Below are positions 17,730-28,700 of a stretch of 30,039 bases of DNA, one piece after another. The stretch is taken from the IMG/VR virus record IMGVR_UViG_3300030019_000018; one strand, given 5' to 3'. Source of the stretch: an uncultured virus (IMG/VR IMGVR_UViG_3300030019_000018) (taxonomy: Duplodnaviria > Heunggongvirae > Uroviricota > Caudoviricetes > Crassvirales). The position numbers and the translations under genes were made by a program. How positions within the stretch are numbered: position 1 is the stretch's first letter; each line of letters starts with the position of its first letter. The notes beneath the pieces are model-generated. The model was not told the DNA's origin. It saw only the letters and a list, made by a program, of their open reading frames with translations, and did no database searches.

Positions 17730-18635
17730 ATGCGACTAATTAAACCTTACACAGAGATCTTAGAGCAAAAAGATCTATTTAAACACATTGAATTATGTGG
17801 GAGAGTTGCTTATAAAAGTGAAAATAAAATAACTGAAGATTCTGCAACTAAATTTGTAGAAAATATTAAAAACAGAAAACATGGTGCAGTATTAGAACAT
17901 GGTACTATTTATCTTATATTTGAAAATTTCACCTTGAATAGTTATAATCCAGATAAGGATGCATTAACTGGAGTTGAATTAATAGATAAATATCTGTTAA
18001 ATGCCTATTCTAAAGTTAATCTAATTGATTATACAGAAGATATTAATTTTGATTTTTATATTACTACGAATTATAGAGTTTTAGTAGAGAATGATTGGTT
18101 AGATGATTTACAATATCAATGTGAGTGTACAAAACTTCATGAGAAAAGAATTAGTGTCAAGTTAGTTTGTGACAGAGGCGTATCACATGAGTTAGTTAGG
18201 TCAAGAATATTTAGTTTTGTACAAGAAAGTACAAGGTTTTGTAATTATTCAAAAGATAAATTTGGTAATGAACTTACTTTTATTATACCAAATTGGACAG
18301 AATTAAAAGAAAATTCTTATAATTATGGTTATGATCCTGTATTTTATTTAGAAACAGAAAATACTCATGTTACTGATATTGATTATGTTTTTTTAGAAAG
18401 TTTAGCTTTGTCTGAAAGTAATTATTTAAATTTAATAGATCAATATAAATGTACACCACAACAAGCAAGGAATATATTACCAAATGCTTTAAAAACAGAA
18501 ATAATTATGACTGGTTTTGTGAGTGATTGGAAACAATTTTTTGAATTAAGATGTGCTAAAGATTGCCATCCTCAAATGTTAGAATTAACTATACCTTTGA
18601 GAGAAGAGTTTATAAAATTAGGATATGAAGTATAA
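17730..18635 (+). CDS. thyX: FAD-dependent thymidylate synthase
   Basis: CGRVAYKSE, HGAVLEH, DRGVSHELVRSRIFSFVQESTRF (ThyX motif with RSR in place of RHR), QARNILP and FFELRC. Confidence 0.9.
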   Translation: MRLIKPYTEILEQKDLFKHIELCGRVAYKSENKITEDSATKFVENIKNRKHGAVLEHGTIYLIFENFTLNSYNPDKDALTGVELIDKYLLNAYSKVNLIDYTEDINFDFYITTNYRVLVENDWLDDLQYQCECTKLHEKRISVKLVCDRGVSHELVRSRIFSFVQESTRFCNYSKDKFGNELTFIIPNWTELKENSYNYGYDPVFYLETENTHVTDIDYVFLESLALSESNYLNLIDQYKCTPQQARNILPNALKTEIIMTGFVSDWKQFFELRCAKDCHPQMLELTIPLREEFIKLGYEV

Positions 18636-18678
18636 ATAAAAATAGGGGTAGATTAATTCTACCCCTTAAGTTTTTTTT
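18634..18678. terminator. Bidirectional intrinsic terminator between the converging gene blocks
   Basis: Stem AGGGGTAGA (18644-18652)/TCTACCCCT (18658-18666), with T8 at 18671-18678 on the + strand and an A-rich run at 18634-18642 giving a U-tract on the - strand. Confidence 0.85.
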
Positions 18679-18690
18679 ACTATCGCCTAA

Positions 18691-21600
18691 TCAATGTTTA
18701 AAGAATGTAAGTCTTGTAGATGGGTCTATGGCACCTTCAATACTTCTATAAGTAGGAATAGCTTGTAATATCCAATTAGGACCATTTAAATCTCCTTGTT
18801 TATCTGTTTGGAATGATTTTAAAGATATAATTTTTAATATTCTTTGTGCATACCCAATATTAGCAGTAGGAGATTGTACTATTTGTAATCCTTGAGTAAT
18901 AGCAGCAGGTGTTGGAGTATAAAATGCCATTTCATTATTTATTCTATATAATTGATATTCTAACATTTTAGCAAGCCACGGTCTATCTTTATCTCCAAAA
19001 TCTATTAATCCTATTGCTAAAGCAGAAGCAAGAAACACTCCCATTTCTATAGAAGCTCTTTTTACATTAGATTTTTCTGTAGGATTAAGTTTATCCCAAT
19101 TAGCTTTTACATAAAAATCCATTTTTCTTAAATCTTTAGCAGTTTGTAATAAGAATTTACCAGTAGTTCTATAATAACCTTCAGTCCATTCTCCTAATGC
19201 ATAATTATATTGTGCTTGACCATATCTTTGAGATATAGCGATAGGAATCCATTTTCTAAATAACATTATCATTCTACCTTCAGCATATCTTTGTATCTCT
19301 GCTAAGTCTGCTTTATTATGAAGGCCATGTAATCTATTATTAATTTCTCTACCTTTTAAAGTAAAGTCTTTAACATCCTCTTTAGTGAATTGAGTGCCAT
19401 CTAATTTAGTATAGCCTTCTTTTACTTCTAATGTAGCACCTTTGTTTTTATTGTTATCATCTATGTATTTAGATTCTAAGGCTTCATATAATGGAACTTC
19501 TTTACCTTCGGGAGATAACATTTTATATCTATCTGCTAAAGCTAAATATGTTCTAGTTTGCATGTAATGCTCCCCACAAGTTGACATAAATTGTAAAGAT
19601 TCTAATTTTAAACCTCTAGCCAACCATGTCTTTCTATCCATGTTAATGTCTCTATTTTTTGAATTAGATCCATTTAAGCAATCAAATTTCTCAATAAATA
19701 GATTTAATTTAGATATTTTAACTCTATTTCCAACTTCTCCAAGTAAATCTAATAATCCTTGACCATAATATTTATCTCCTTTAGCTAAATTTTTTACATT
19801 AATATATTGTCCAGATAAAGCTTCTATTCCTGCTAAAGTCTTTCCAGTAACAACATTACCTATACCTTGTAAAACATTCAATCCTAAACTATATGTAGCA
19901 GTCATACCACTTACAGTATCCATAAGTTTAGCTTTATCTATTTTAGTATTACCAATTGTTCCTTGATCTACTTTTAATTCTCCATATACTTGAGCATCTA
20001 AATAACCTTCTAATTTAGAACCTATATTACTTTCTACACCTTTTTTAGTAAGTTTTCTTTTAACGTCTTGACCAAAACTTCTTATAGATTCTTCTTGTAC
20101 TTTACCTCCTTTTTTAGAAGTTACTTGCTTAGCATTTATTACATTATGTCCTATTTCTAACATATCTATAACTTTATTCATTTCATCAAAGTTTATAGCC
20201 ATGTCTGCATAAGCAATTAGATTAGAAGTTGCATCTAAAGATAAATCTTTCATATTATCTAATTTGGAAGTAAAATAAACAGGAATTACTTTAACTTCTT
20301 TACCTTCAAAATCAGTTACAACACTTCTAGTTCCAAACTCATCATCATCTTCTCTTCTTAATATTTTATCCTTAACTCCCTCAATAAAAGTATCTTTAGG
20401 ATTAGATAAAAATCTCTCTAATTCATCTTTTCTTATGAAGGGAACTTTTCCAGTTTGTTTGTATTTATCTGGTAAATAAGAATCTAATAGTTCTTTAGTT
20501 TCTTTTATAGTTTTTAGATAAGTATGTTGTGCTTCTGATAAATTATTATAAGTAGTATTTCCATATATAGACAATTTAGGAGTTTTAAAATCATCTTTAG
20601 TATCCATATTATCTCTATACCATTGAGCCATTATTTTTTTATACTCAATGTTAGCAATATTAGAATCTAAACTTTTAACAACTTCTTCTGCTTTCTTTTC
20701 AGCCTCTTTTAAATTTTCTTGAAATTTATAATACTTTATTTCAGATATATATTTACCAGTTGGAATACCTTCATTATCTAGCTCATGTACCCATTTTGTG
20801 TCTTTTATACCTGATTTTTCTAATTCTATTTGTGCTGCTTGAAGTGCTTTTTTAGCATCAATGGCTCTAAGTCTTTTATTTTCATGACTATCTTTAACTA
20901 TAGAATCAAATAATCTTAAAGAAGCATCATTACTGTTACTTAAAGCACTAAACCATTTGTCTAAAATCCCAATATCTCCATCTTGAGATTCTTTAAGTAA
21001 TTCTTCTAAAGTAGAAGTTTTAAAATTGCCATTTTCATCTTTTTGGAATGGATTAGTTAATGCTTTTTTATCTACAAATTTAGAAGCAAATTCTGCAAAT
21101 AATGGTAATATTATATCTTTATATGCTTTATCTGTTTGGGAAGTTAGATTATTTAAATTTTTAACATTTTCTTGTATTTTATCTATAAAATCTGTATCTT
21201 CATTATTTCTTGCACTGTTTAAAGCTCCTTGGAGTAACTCTAATGTTTCTTTATAAGCATCTACATAGTCTTTCATCATCCTTAAAGTTTTAGCTGTTTC
21301 TAAGGCATCTGATGTAGTGTAAGTTTTAGTTAAAGTATCAAATCTTTCTTGTACAGCTTTTAAATCTTTTATAGCTCTTTCAGTATATGTATTAATACCT
21401 GAAATTACTTCATTATCAGCTAAGTTCTTTTGAAGATTTATAATTTCTTGTTTTTGTTTTTTATCAAATTTATAGTTTCTTTCTGAAAATACATTGTATT
21501 TTTTAATTTCAGTTTGAATTATTTTATCTAATACTTCACTATAATCTTGTGTAGATTTTTCTAAACTATTTAAAGTTACTTTATTCCTAATATTAGATGC

Positions 21601-22689
21601 TTTTAGTACACTTTTAAATTTATTACTTAGTATATCTGTAGATAATTTACCTAAATCTTGTTCTATTTGTTCTTTTGAAGATAATATTTTATCATCTACT
21701 CCTTTATCTTTCAAACCTTGAAAGAAGTTTTTAATTAAATTAATAATTCTATCAAACAAAGAAGTGTTTAGATCAGTGTTAACTAAATTAGAAGCTAACA
21801 TTTTACCTAAAGCTTCTTTAGCTAAAAGTTCTTTATTTCCTTCATATAATTCATTATATTTAGAATAAGAATCTCCTAAAGTATCTACATAACTTTCATT
21901 AGATTGTATATAGTTAATTGCTCTTTTTATTAAAGGACTATCTATTAAAGCTTCAACTGCAAAATGAGCAAATTCTTCAGGTAATGCTTTTTCTCCATTT
22001 ATTCCCGGAGCTAATCTGATTAGTTCTACTAATTCTTTAGTTTCATAATCTAATTTACTAGAATCAAATACTCCATTAGCACCAATTCTTTGCTCTAACT
22101 CATTGATAGCTCCAATACTAACTTTTGCATCCTGTAGAATAGTTCTTATTCTACTATTTACTTTTTCATTATATATTTTATTTTTAACATCTAAATCAAA
22201 AGAAGAGGAAGGAGAGAGGGGGGCTTCTATGTAGTCTAGATTTACTTTTATACCATTTATTCTGTTATTACCTCCTAATCCCACTCTAGCTTTATAAAAG
22301 AATCTAAGTGGGTTACTATTATTAAATTTTGTTGTTTGTGATTGTAGAGTATTCCAATTTTTTTGATTATTATCTAAAACTGTAAATTCAGTATGATCCC
22401 CAATTTCATTAGTAAATCCACTATAATCTGCTACAGCTTTTCTTACTTCTCCATTATTAAAATCTATTCTTTTTCTCCATCCATCAGGCCATTTAGACAT
22501 TAAAAATTCTAGTGTTGGATTACCCTGCCTATCTACAGGGTATTCACTAAATTTACTTTTAATATCTTCACTTTGAGCGTAAGCTAATACTTTTGAAGCT
22601 AATTCTCTATTGTTAGTTATTTTTTTAATGTCTTCAAACAATTGTATAGGTTCTCCTTTAATTGTTCCTTTATATACACATGATTCCAT
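18691..22689 (-). CDS. Large virion/ejection (cargo) protein of the crAss-like RNAP gene block
   Basis: 1332 aa directly downstream of the vRNAP, with a zincin-like LPEEFAH, long coiled-coil-like stretches and a hydrophobic segment near the C-terminus (MGVFLASALAIGLIDF). Function is inferred from context. Confidence 0.65.
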   Translation of the reverse strand: MESCVYKGTIKGEPIQLFEDIKKITNNRELASKVLAYAQSEDIKSKFSEYPVDRQGNPTLEFLMSKWPDGWRKRIDFNNGEVRKAVADYSGFTNEIGDHTEFTVLDNNQKNWNTLQSQTTKFNNSNPLRFFYKARVGLGGNNRINGIKVNLDYIEAPLSPSSSFDLDVKNKIYNEKVNSRIRTILQDAKVSIGAINELEQRIGANGVFDSSKLDYETKELVELIRLAPGINGEKALPEEFAHFAVEALIDSPLIKRAINYIQSNESYVDTLGDSYSKYNELYEGNKELLAKEALGKMLASNLVNTDLNTSLFDRIINLIKNFFQGLKDKGVDDKILSSKEQIEQDLGKLSTDILSNKFKSVLKASNIRNKVTLNSLEKSTQDYSEVLDKIIQTEIKKYNVFSERNYKFDKKQKQEIINLQKNLADNEVISGINTYTERAIKDLKAVQERFDTLTKTYTTSDALETAKTLRMMKDYVDAYKETLELLQGALNSARNNEDTDFIDKIQENVKNLNNLTSQTDKAYKDIILPLFAEFASKFVDKKALTNPFQKDENGNFKTSTLEELLKESQDGDIGILDKWFSALSNSNDASLRLFDSIVKDSHENKRLRAIDAKKALQAAQIELEKSGIKDTKWVHELDNEGIPTGKYISEIKYYKFQENLKEAEKKAEEVVKSLDSNIANIEYKKIMAQWYRDNMDTKDDFKTPKLSIYGNTTYNNLSEAQHTYLKTIKETKELLDSYLPDKYKQTGKVPFIRKDELERFLSNPKDTFIEGVKDKILRREDDDEFGTRSVVTDFEGKEVKVIPVYFTSKLDNMKDLSLDATSNLIAYADMAINFDEMNKVIDMLEIGHNVINAKQVTSKKGGKVQEESIRSFGQDVKRKLTKKGVESNIGSKLEGYLDAQVYGELKVDQGTIGNTKIDKAKLMDTVSGMTATYSLGLNVLQGIGNVVTGKTLAGIEALSGQYINVKNLAKGDKYYGQGLLDLLGEVGNRVKISKLNLFIEKFDCLNGSNSKNRDINMDRKTWLARGLKLESLQFMSTCGEHYMQTRTYLALADRYKMLSPEGKEVPLYEALESKYIDDNNKNKGATLEVKEGYTKLDGTQFTKEDVKDFTLKGREINNRLHGLHNKADLAEIQRYAEGRMIMLFRKWIPIAISQRYGQAQYNYALGEWTEGYYRTTGKFLLQTAKDLRKMDFYVKANWDKLNPTEKSNVKRASIEMGVFLASALAIGLIDFGDKDRPWLAKMLEYQLYRINNEMAFYTPTPAAITQGLQIVQSPTANIGYAQRILKIISLKSFQTDKQGDLNGPNWILQAIPTYRSIEGAIDPSTRLTFFKH

Positions 22690-22700
22690 ATAGTTATATT

Positions 22701-25700
22701 TTAGCAGAGTTTTTCACCAGAATCTGGATCTACTGCTTTATTATTAGTTTCAAAAAAATCTTCTTTATTATCTACTCCTAAAGAATTACTATCATAGGAG
22801 CTCATTATATCATCTTGATGAGTATTTTCCATACTATCCTCATCATTATAATAAGATTCTTCATCTGGATTTTTAAATGTATCTTCTTGTTTACTTCCAT
22901 CTATAACAGATTTAAAATCTTCAATTGCTGTATTATATGAGTATTCTTGAAACTCATTTTTCATTCCTAAAGAATCTATTTTAGAATATGTTGCTTCTTT
23001 TATATTATCTGTAGAAGATTCTGTATTTTTAATATAATAATTAATTTTACCTTCTTTATCTTTAATTCCTAAAGTAGTATTCCATTGTATATCACCTTGG
23101 TTATTTAATTTAGTAATTTTAGAAACATTACTGTCATAATTAGTAGAATCATATTTAAAAGATATAGTATTTTGAATATTTTTTTCTTCTATATCATCTA
23201 ATAAAGGAGTAAATTTTCTATTATCTAAGTTATTTAATAAATATTGATTTACAAAATGAATATTTTCAAAATTAGGATTTCTTAATAAAGAATTCATAGT
23301 GTCAATATATCCTTCTATTTGCATTTTTAACTCTACTGGAGCTAAATGTATAAAAGTTTCTGGACTAAAAGCAAATCCATTTCTATGAAAGTTATAAAAG
23401 AATAAATTTTTTGCTAATTTTTTATCTTCTTCATTACCATATAACAAACTATTCCACCCATCCATAACTGATTCTCTAGTAGAAGGGGTTAACTTTCCAA
23501 CATTATTAAACCATATTTTTTCTATCTCTGTACCTTTTATTTTAGATACTGCTAATTTAGATATAAACGAATTATCTGCATATTTTTTAGATTCTAATAA
23601 ACTTTTAAATTCTTTAGGAAATTCATTAATGTAATAATTATTTTTATTTAATATTTCATTAGCCTCTCCTCCAAAAGAATTAATAGAAGATGCTATATAA
23701 GAGAAATAATCATTATATATATCATTCATAGTTTTAACATTTATCTTCTCAGACTTTGTTAAATCTTTAAAACTTCTAACTAAATTTCTAAAATTATCAG
23801 AATATTGTGGAAAATACTTGAAAAATAAAGGAATAGTAGATTGTACTCCATACAAATTAAAAGCCAATGGATATGCTAAAGAATTTTTATAAATATGTTC
23901 TCTCATTTTATCATAATCCATTAAATCTGTTTGTGTATAATCATTATTATATACATCAAGTATCCCATTTACAAAAGGTTCTAATCCTATAATTTTAGCA
24001 TCTGGAGTTTCTCTGCTTAAAGAAAAATCAATAATTTTATCTAATTTATTTATATTATCTGCTATAGATGGACCTGCACCACCATTAGAAGTATCTGATT
24101 TTAAAATAGATACAACATCTGATAAATCTTCTGCTATAGTAGATATTTTATCATACAAGGATAATACCTCAATATGATGTTTAATTAATTCTTGTGAATC
24201 TTCTTTATTATCTTTAAAGTCTTGTAAAGTTAACCCTAATTTAGTATCTCTATCTAATTCTTCTACTAAGAAAGGTTTATCTTTTATATCATTACTTTGT
24301 GGTGTGGATAGTAATTTAGAATAATCATCTATAACATCCTTAATAATATTTGCTTTAATAGGAGCAGTATTTTGTATTTTCATATACCTATCTACTACTT
24401 CTTTTATAGCAGGATGTACTAAAAGTGCTGCTACTTCAAATTCATTATATCCTAATCTAGCTAATAAACATGCTGTATCAGCAGTAAAAGTATTAATATT
24501 TAAAGTACCTAATACTGGTTGTTTGATTGCATCTACAGAAGAAGCAACTAATCCTGCTAAAGTCCTACTTATATAATGTCCTTCTTTAGATTTAATCTGA
24601 TTTAACTGTGTAAATACCTTATTATTATAAGTAAATTTAAAATCATCATTAATATGAGTATCAGTATTCTGTAATAAAGAATGATTTACATTATGATTTG
24701 CAAATATTCCAATTAATTTCTTAGCTCCCATATTTTGCTGATGCAACTCTACTTGAGTAGTAGGGTCTAATGAGTTAAAACTAGATTTTTCAGACTTATA
24801 TTTGTTCATAGCATCAATCCACTTATCAAAACCACCTGGATTCATAGATTTAGCTATTGTATCAGGATGTTGTAATATAGAAGTTAACATATCTAAAAGT
24901 AAATTATTTCTTTGCTCTACTGAACAATTTTTTAATTCTTCAGGTGTATTAACATCAACTTGTATTTTAGATATTTTATTATTATTTATTGTAAACTCTG
25001 GAGCAATAAAATATAATTTATCTATATCAAAGTCACAACCTGCAATAGTTGTAATTTCTGCAGGTAACATTATAGCACTTCCAGAGTTTTGAGGTAAAAA
25101 CCCTTTAATATATAAAGGCATCATAGAATAAGCATCTTCTGTAGGTATTCTATAACCAACTAAACTTTTTAACTCTTCTGGAAATTTATTTATATCTAAT
25201 TCTCCATTATCTCCTATAAGTTGTTCTACATATTGTTTAGAGTACCAAGGCATGTAACATTCATAGTGTTTAATATGTTTATTTGAATCTTCTCCTTCAT
25301 ATACTATATGTAAATCATCTTGTAATCCAAAAGCACTTACTTGTACTAATGAACCACCTTTAATTTTTTGTTTAGTAATTCTATTTTTAATTACAGAATT
25401 TAATAAATTTTGAATTTTTAAAGATTGTGATGGTTCAAATAATGGTATATTAAATTCTCCATTTGCATTTAAAGTTACTGCATCTACTAAATCTTGATTG
25501 TAATTATTTTTACTTGTTATTTCATCTTTAAGTAATCTTTCTAATTCATATTTATTTCCTATAACTTTTTGAGTATCATCAAAAGATTTAATTACATTTT
25601 CAACAATAGCATGATTATACCAAGACATCCACTCCTTTTTAGATAGTGTTTTATCTTTACCATTAATTGTTAAAGATATTTTTATATTAGAATCTAAATC

Positions 25701-28700
25701 TGAATGAATTAATTTTCTAATCTGTGTACCAAATAATTGTTGAGTATCTTGATAATGTTCTGGAATTTCTTGTTGTAATCCATAATCATCATAATCAAAT
25801 GTATGTACTATATCAGGATATTTAACTGCTTGATTTAAGTAATCTGAAACATCTTCTTTATTATTTAAATTATTTATATCTAAAACACCTTGTTCTCCTA
25901 CTTTAACAGCAGAGTTAAATTGTACTACATCTATATTACCTTTAGAACCATCAGAAAAAGTATGTTCTTTAGACATAAATTCTTCTAAAGCACTTAATTT
26001 AGGTGAATTGGTTATTACTCCTTGAAGTAATAACATAAACTCAGAGTTTTTATTTTGATTAGCCTGTCTTAAATAAATTGGAGAACCATTTTCATCATTT
26101 ACATGACTATTTATCATAGTATTAGTAAATAAAAAAGGTTTAAAAGCATTCAAAACAGTATTAAAATCATTAAGATTCCAATTTCCAGTTTTAATTCTAT
26201 TCATAGATTCTTCAATAGCAGTAGTTAATTTACCTGCCATATTTAATACTGCTTTATAAGAGTCCCAACTTCTATATGCTTGAGCATCAGTTAAATTAAT
26301 AGTAGATGAAGGAATAAATCCTTTATTATCTCTATATAACACTGGAGTTGGTTCTCTCCCATATTGATTTAAAGCATTGTTATAATTATCCTTACTAATT
26401 TTAACTCCATTTTTAGTATATCCTTTAGTGATGCTATCATTTGATACTACTTCTTTATATTTATCTTCATTTAAAGTAAATATTTTAGCATTATATGCAC
26501 CATATTTAGCTAAAATAGTATCTCTTTCAAAAGTATTAAGATTGCCTTTTTTAACTATAGTATCCAAAGCAGTTTTTAAATTATCTAATGTTTCTTTACT
26601 AGAAGTTACTTCAGAATCTCTAAGATATACAGTATGTTCAAATTGTCTTCCACCATCTATAGTAGTATCTAATTTAAGTCCTGGAGCATTCCATTCTTTA
26701 GATCTCTTTTGAAAATCAATTGTATCTTTATATTGAGCTAAATCATTAGTTAATAATTGAATAATTTGACTTTCTGCAAAATAAGTATTAAAGAAATATT
26801 CTTTTAATGGGTTATTATTATTACTTCTTCTATCTCCTATTTTAGTAGAATCAGTGTTAGTTAATGTATTTATATCTTTACTTCTTAAAGCTTTTGTATC
26901 TAATTCTGTAAAATTACCTTTTTCATCCATGTTAAATAATCCAGATTTATTCCATTTATTTACAGCTGAAGTAAAAGCTTCATCTAATCCATTTTCTATT
27001 TTATTTTTAATAAATAAATCAATTTCTGCTTGTTCTTTTTTATCTTTATACATTTCTTGTATAGTATCTAAATCTTCATTTAGAAACTTTAGAAATTGAA
27101 ATTTATCTCCATTAGCATCAAAGTTTTTAATTTTAGCAATATTAGGCATTGTTTTTCTAACATTAACTAAATTAATTCTATCTATTTCTTGATGAGCAAC
27201 TTGTAATAATTTATTAACAATAGTATCTTCATAATCCAATGATTTATAATTTTCATCCATATCAGAACCATTTGTATATCTTACAAATTTAATAAATCTA
27301 GCTATAGGAGCATCAGCCATAATTGGAATATGATACTTAGCAGTTTTATTATTAGGGTCTGAAAAGAACTCATGTATTAAAGCAGAAGTGTATCCTACAC
27401 TATCTAAATCAGTATAGTCTATATTATTTGAAGATAATAATAAACTATCATCCAACATATTTCTATATTTCTCTCCTAGATCATTACCTACTTCATCTTT
27501 TAAAGTTAATAATCTAAGCCATTCATTTCGGTATCCATTTTTAAAAAATAATTGAGCCTTTCCATACTCTTGTTTAACCCAATCTATATATTTTTCTATA
27601 CTATCTGCTTTAGCATTTCTAAGTAATTTAGTTAACTTTCCAAAATAATTAGGTACTAAATGAGAGTATAACATCTTATTACCTTGATGTACAGAACTTT
27701 CAAAATATTCATCTACAAAAGGAGCTATTAAATTAGCCATACTTTTATATTGACTATTTAATAAATGCAATTTATCTACTCTTTCTCTGTCAGATTGTTT
27801 AGATGCTACACTTAATATAGTTTGCAATGTATTTAATATATTCTCATAAGAAGGATATGATAGTTCTGAAGGTCTAAATGAAGTAATTTTATTTACTTCA
27901 TCAGAAGTAACATCTACTCCAACACTTCTTAGTAAATCAAATACTTTATCATTATTTCTATTTGTTAAATCTTGAATACCACTTACTTTTTCTTCAAAAG
28001 ATTTATTAGAATTATTTATTGTAGTAATATCCTTTTTTAATTCTGTTACAATATTACTATTTTTTTGAATATTGTCTTTATTAAACAATCCATCTTTATT
28101 ATAAATAGATGATTTAGTTAAAGTTATATCATTATCTAAATTATCTCTCCATTTGTTAATAAGATAAAGGATACCTTTAGGAGCATTTAAAGAAATTGTT
28201 TGTATTTTGACAGTACCATCAGGAGCAATTTGTTTCTTTTGTATATAAAAGTTTGCAGCATCCTTTCTAAAATCCTTATAAAATAAAGCTTTAGTTCTAG
28301 CTATTTCTTTACTATTTTTTTCATCTACACCATTAGTAGAATCTAATTTATCTACAACTCCTTGAATCCATTTTTTACTTATACTTAAATCTTTAAGCAT
28401 AGGTACTAAGTCTGTTCCAGAAGTCATATTTTTTAAACCTTCTATTAGTTCTGCATGAGCATAATCAGCATCCATATACACAGGAAATCCTAAATCATCT
28501 GTACTAATTTGTCCTTTATAATCTAACATGGGTATTCTTCCTAATACTTTTCTAGTTAGTGTAGATAAAGAACTTAAATTAGAAGATTCCATATAATTAG
28601 TCATCCACCTGTCTTTTTCTTCCTCTTCTTTAAAAAGGTCATCTTTATTATCTAAATCATCTGGATTATTATACTTATTATAAGAATCAGTAGTATCTAC

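Noticed and set aside
21026..27099. Short + strand ORFs at 21026-21256, 24802-25092, 26428-26712 and 26854-27099
   Set aside because: They lie wholly antisense to the giant - strand genes and have no motifs.
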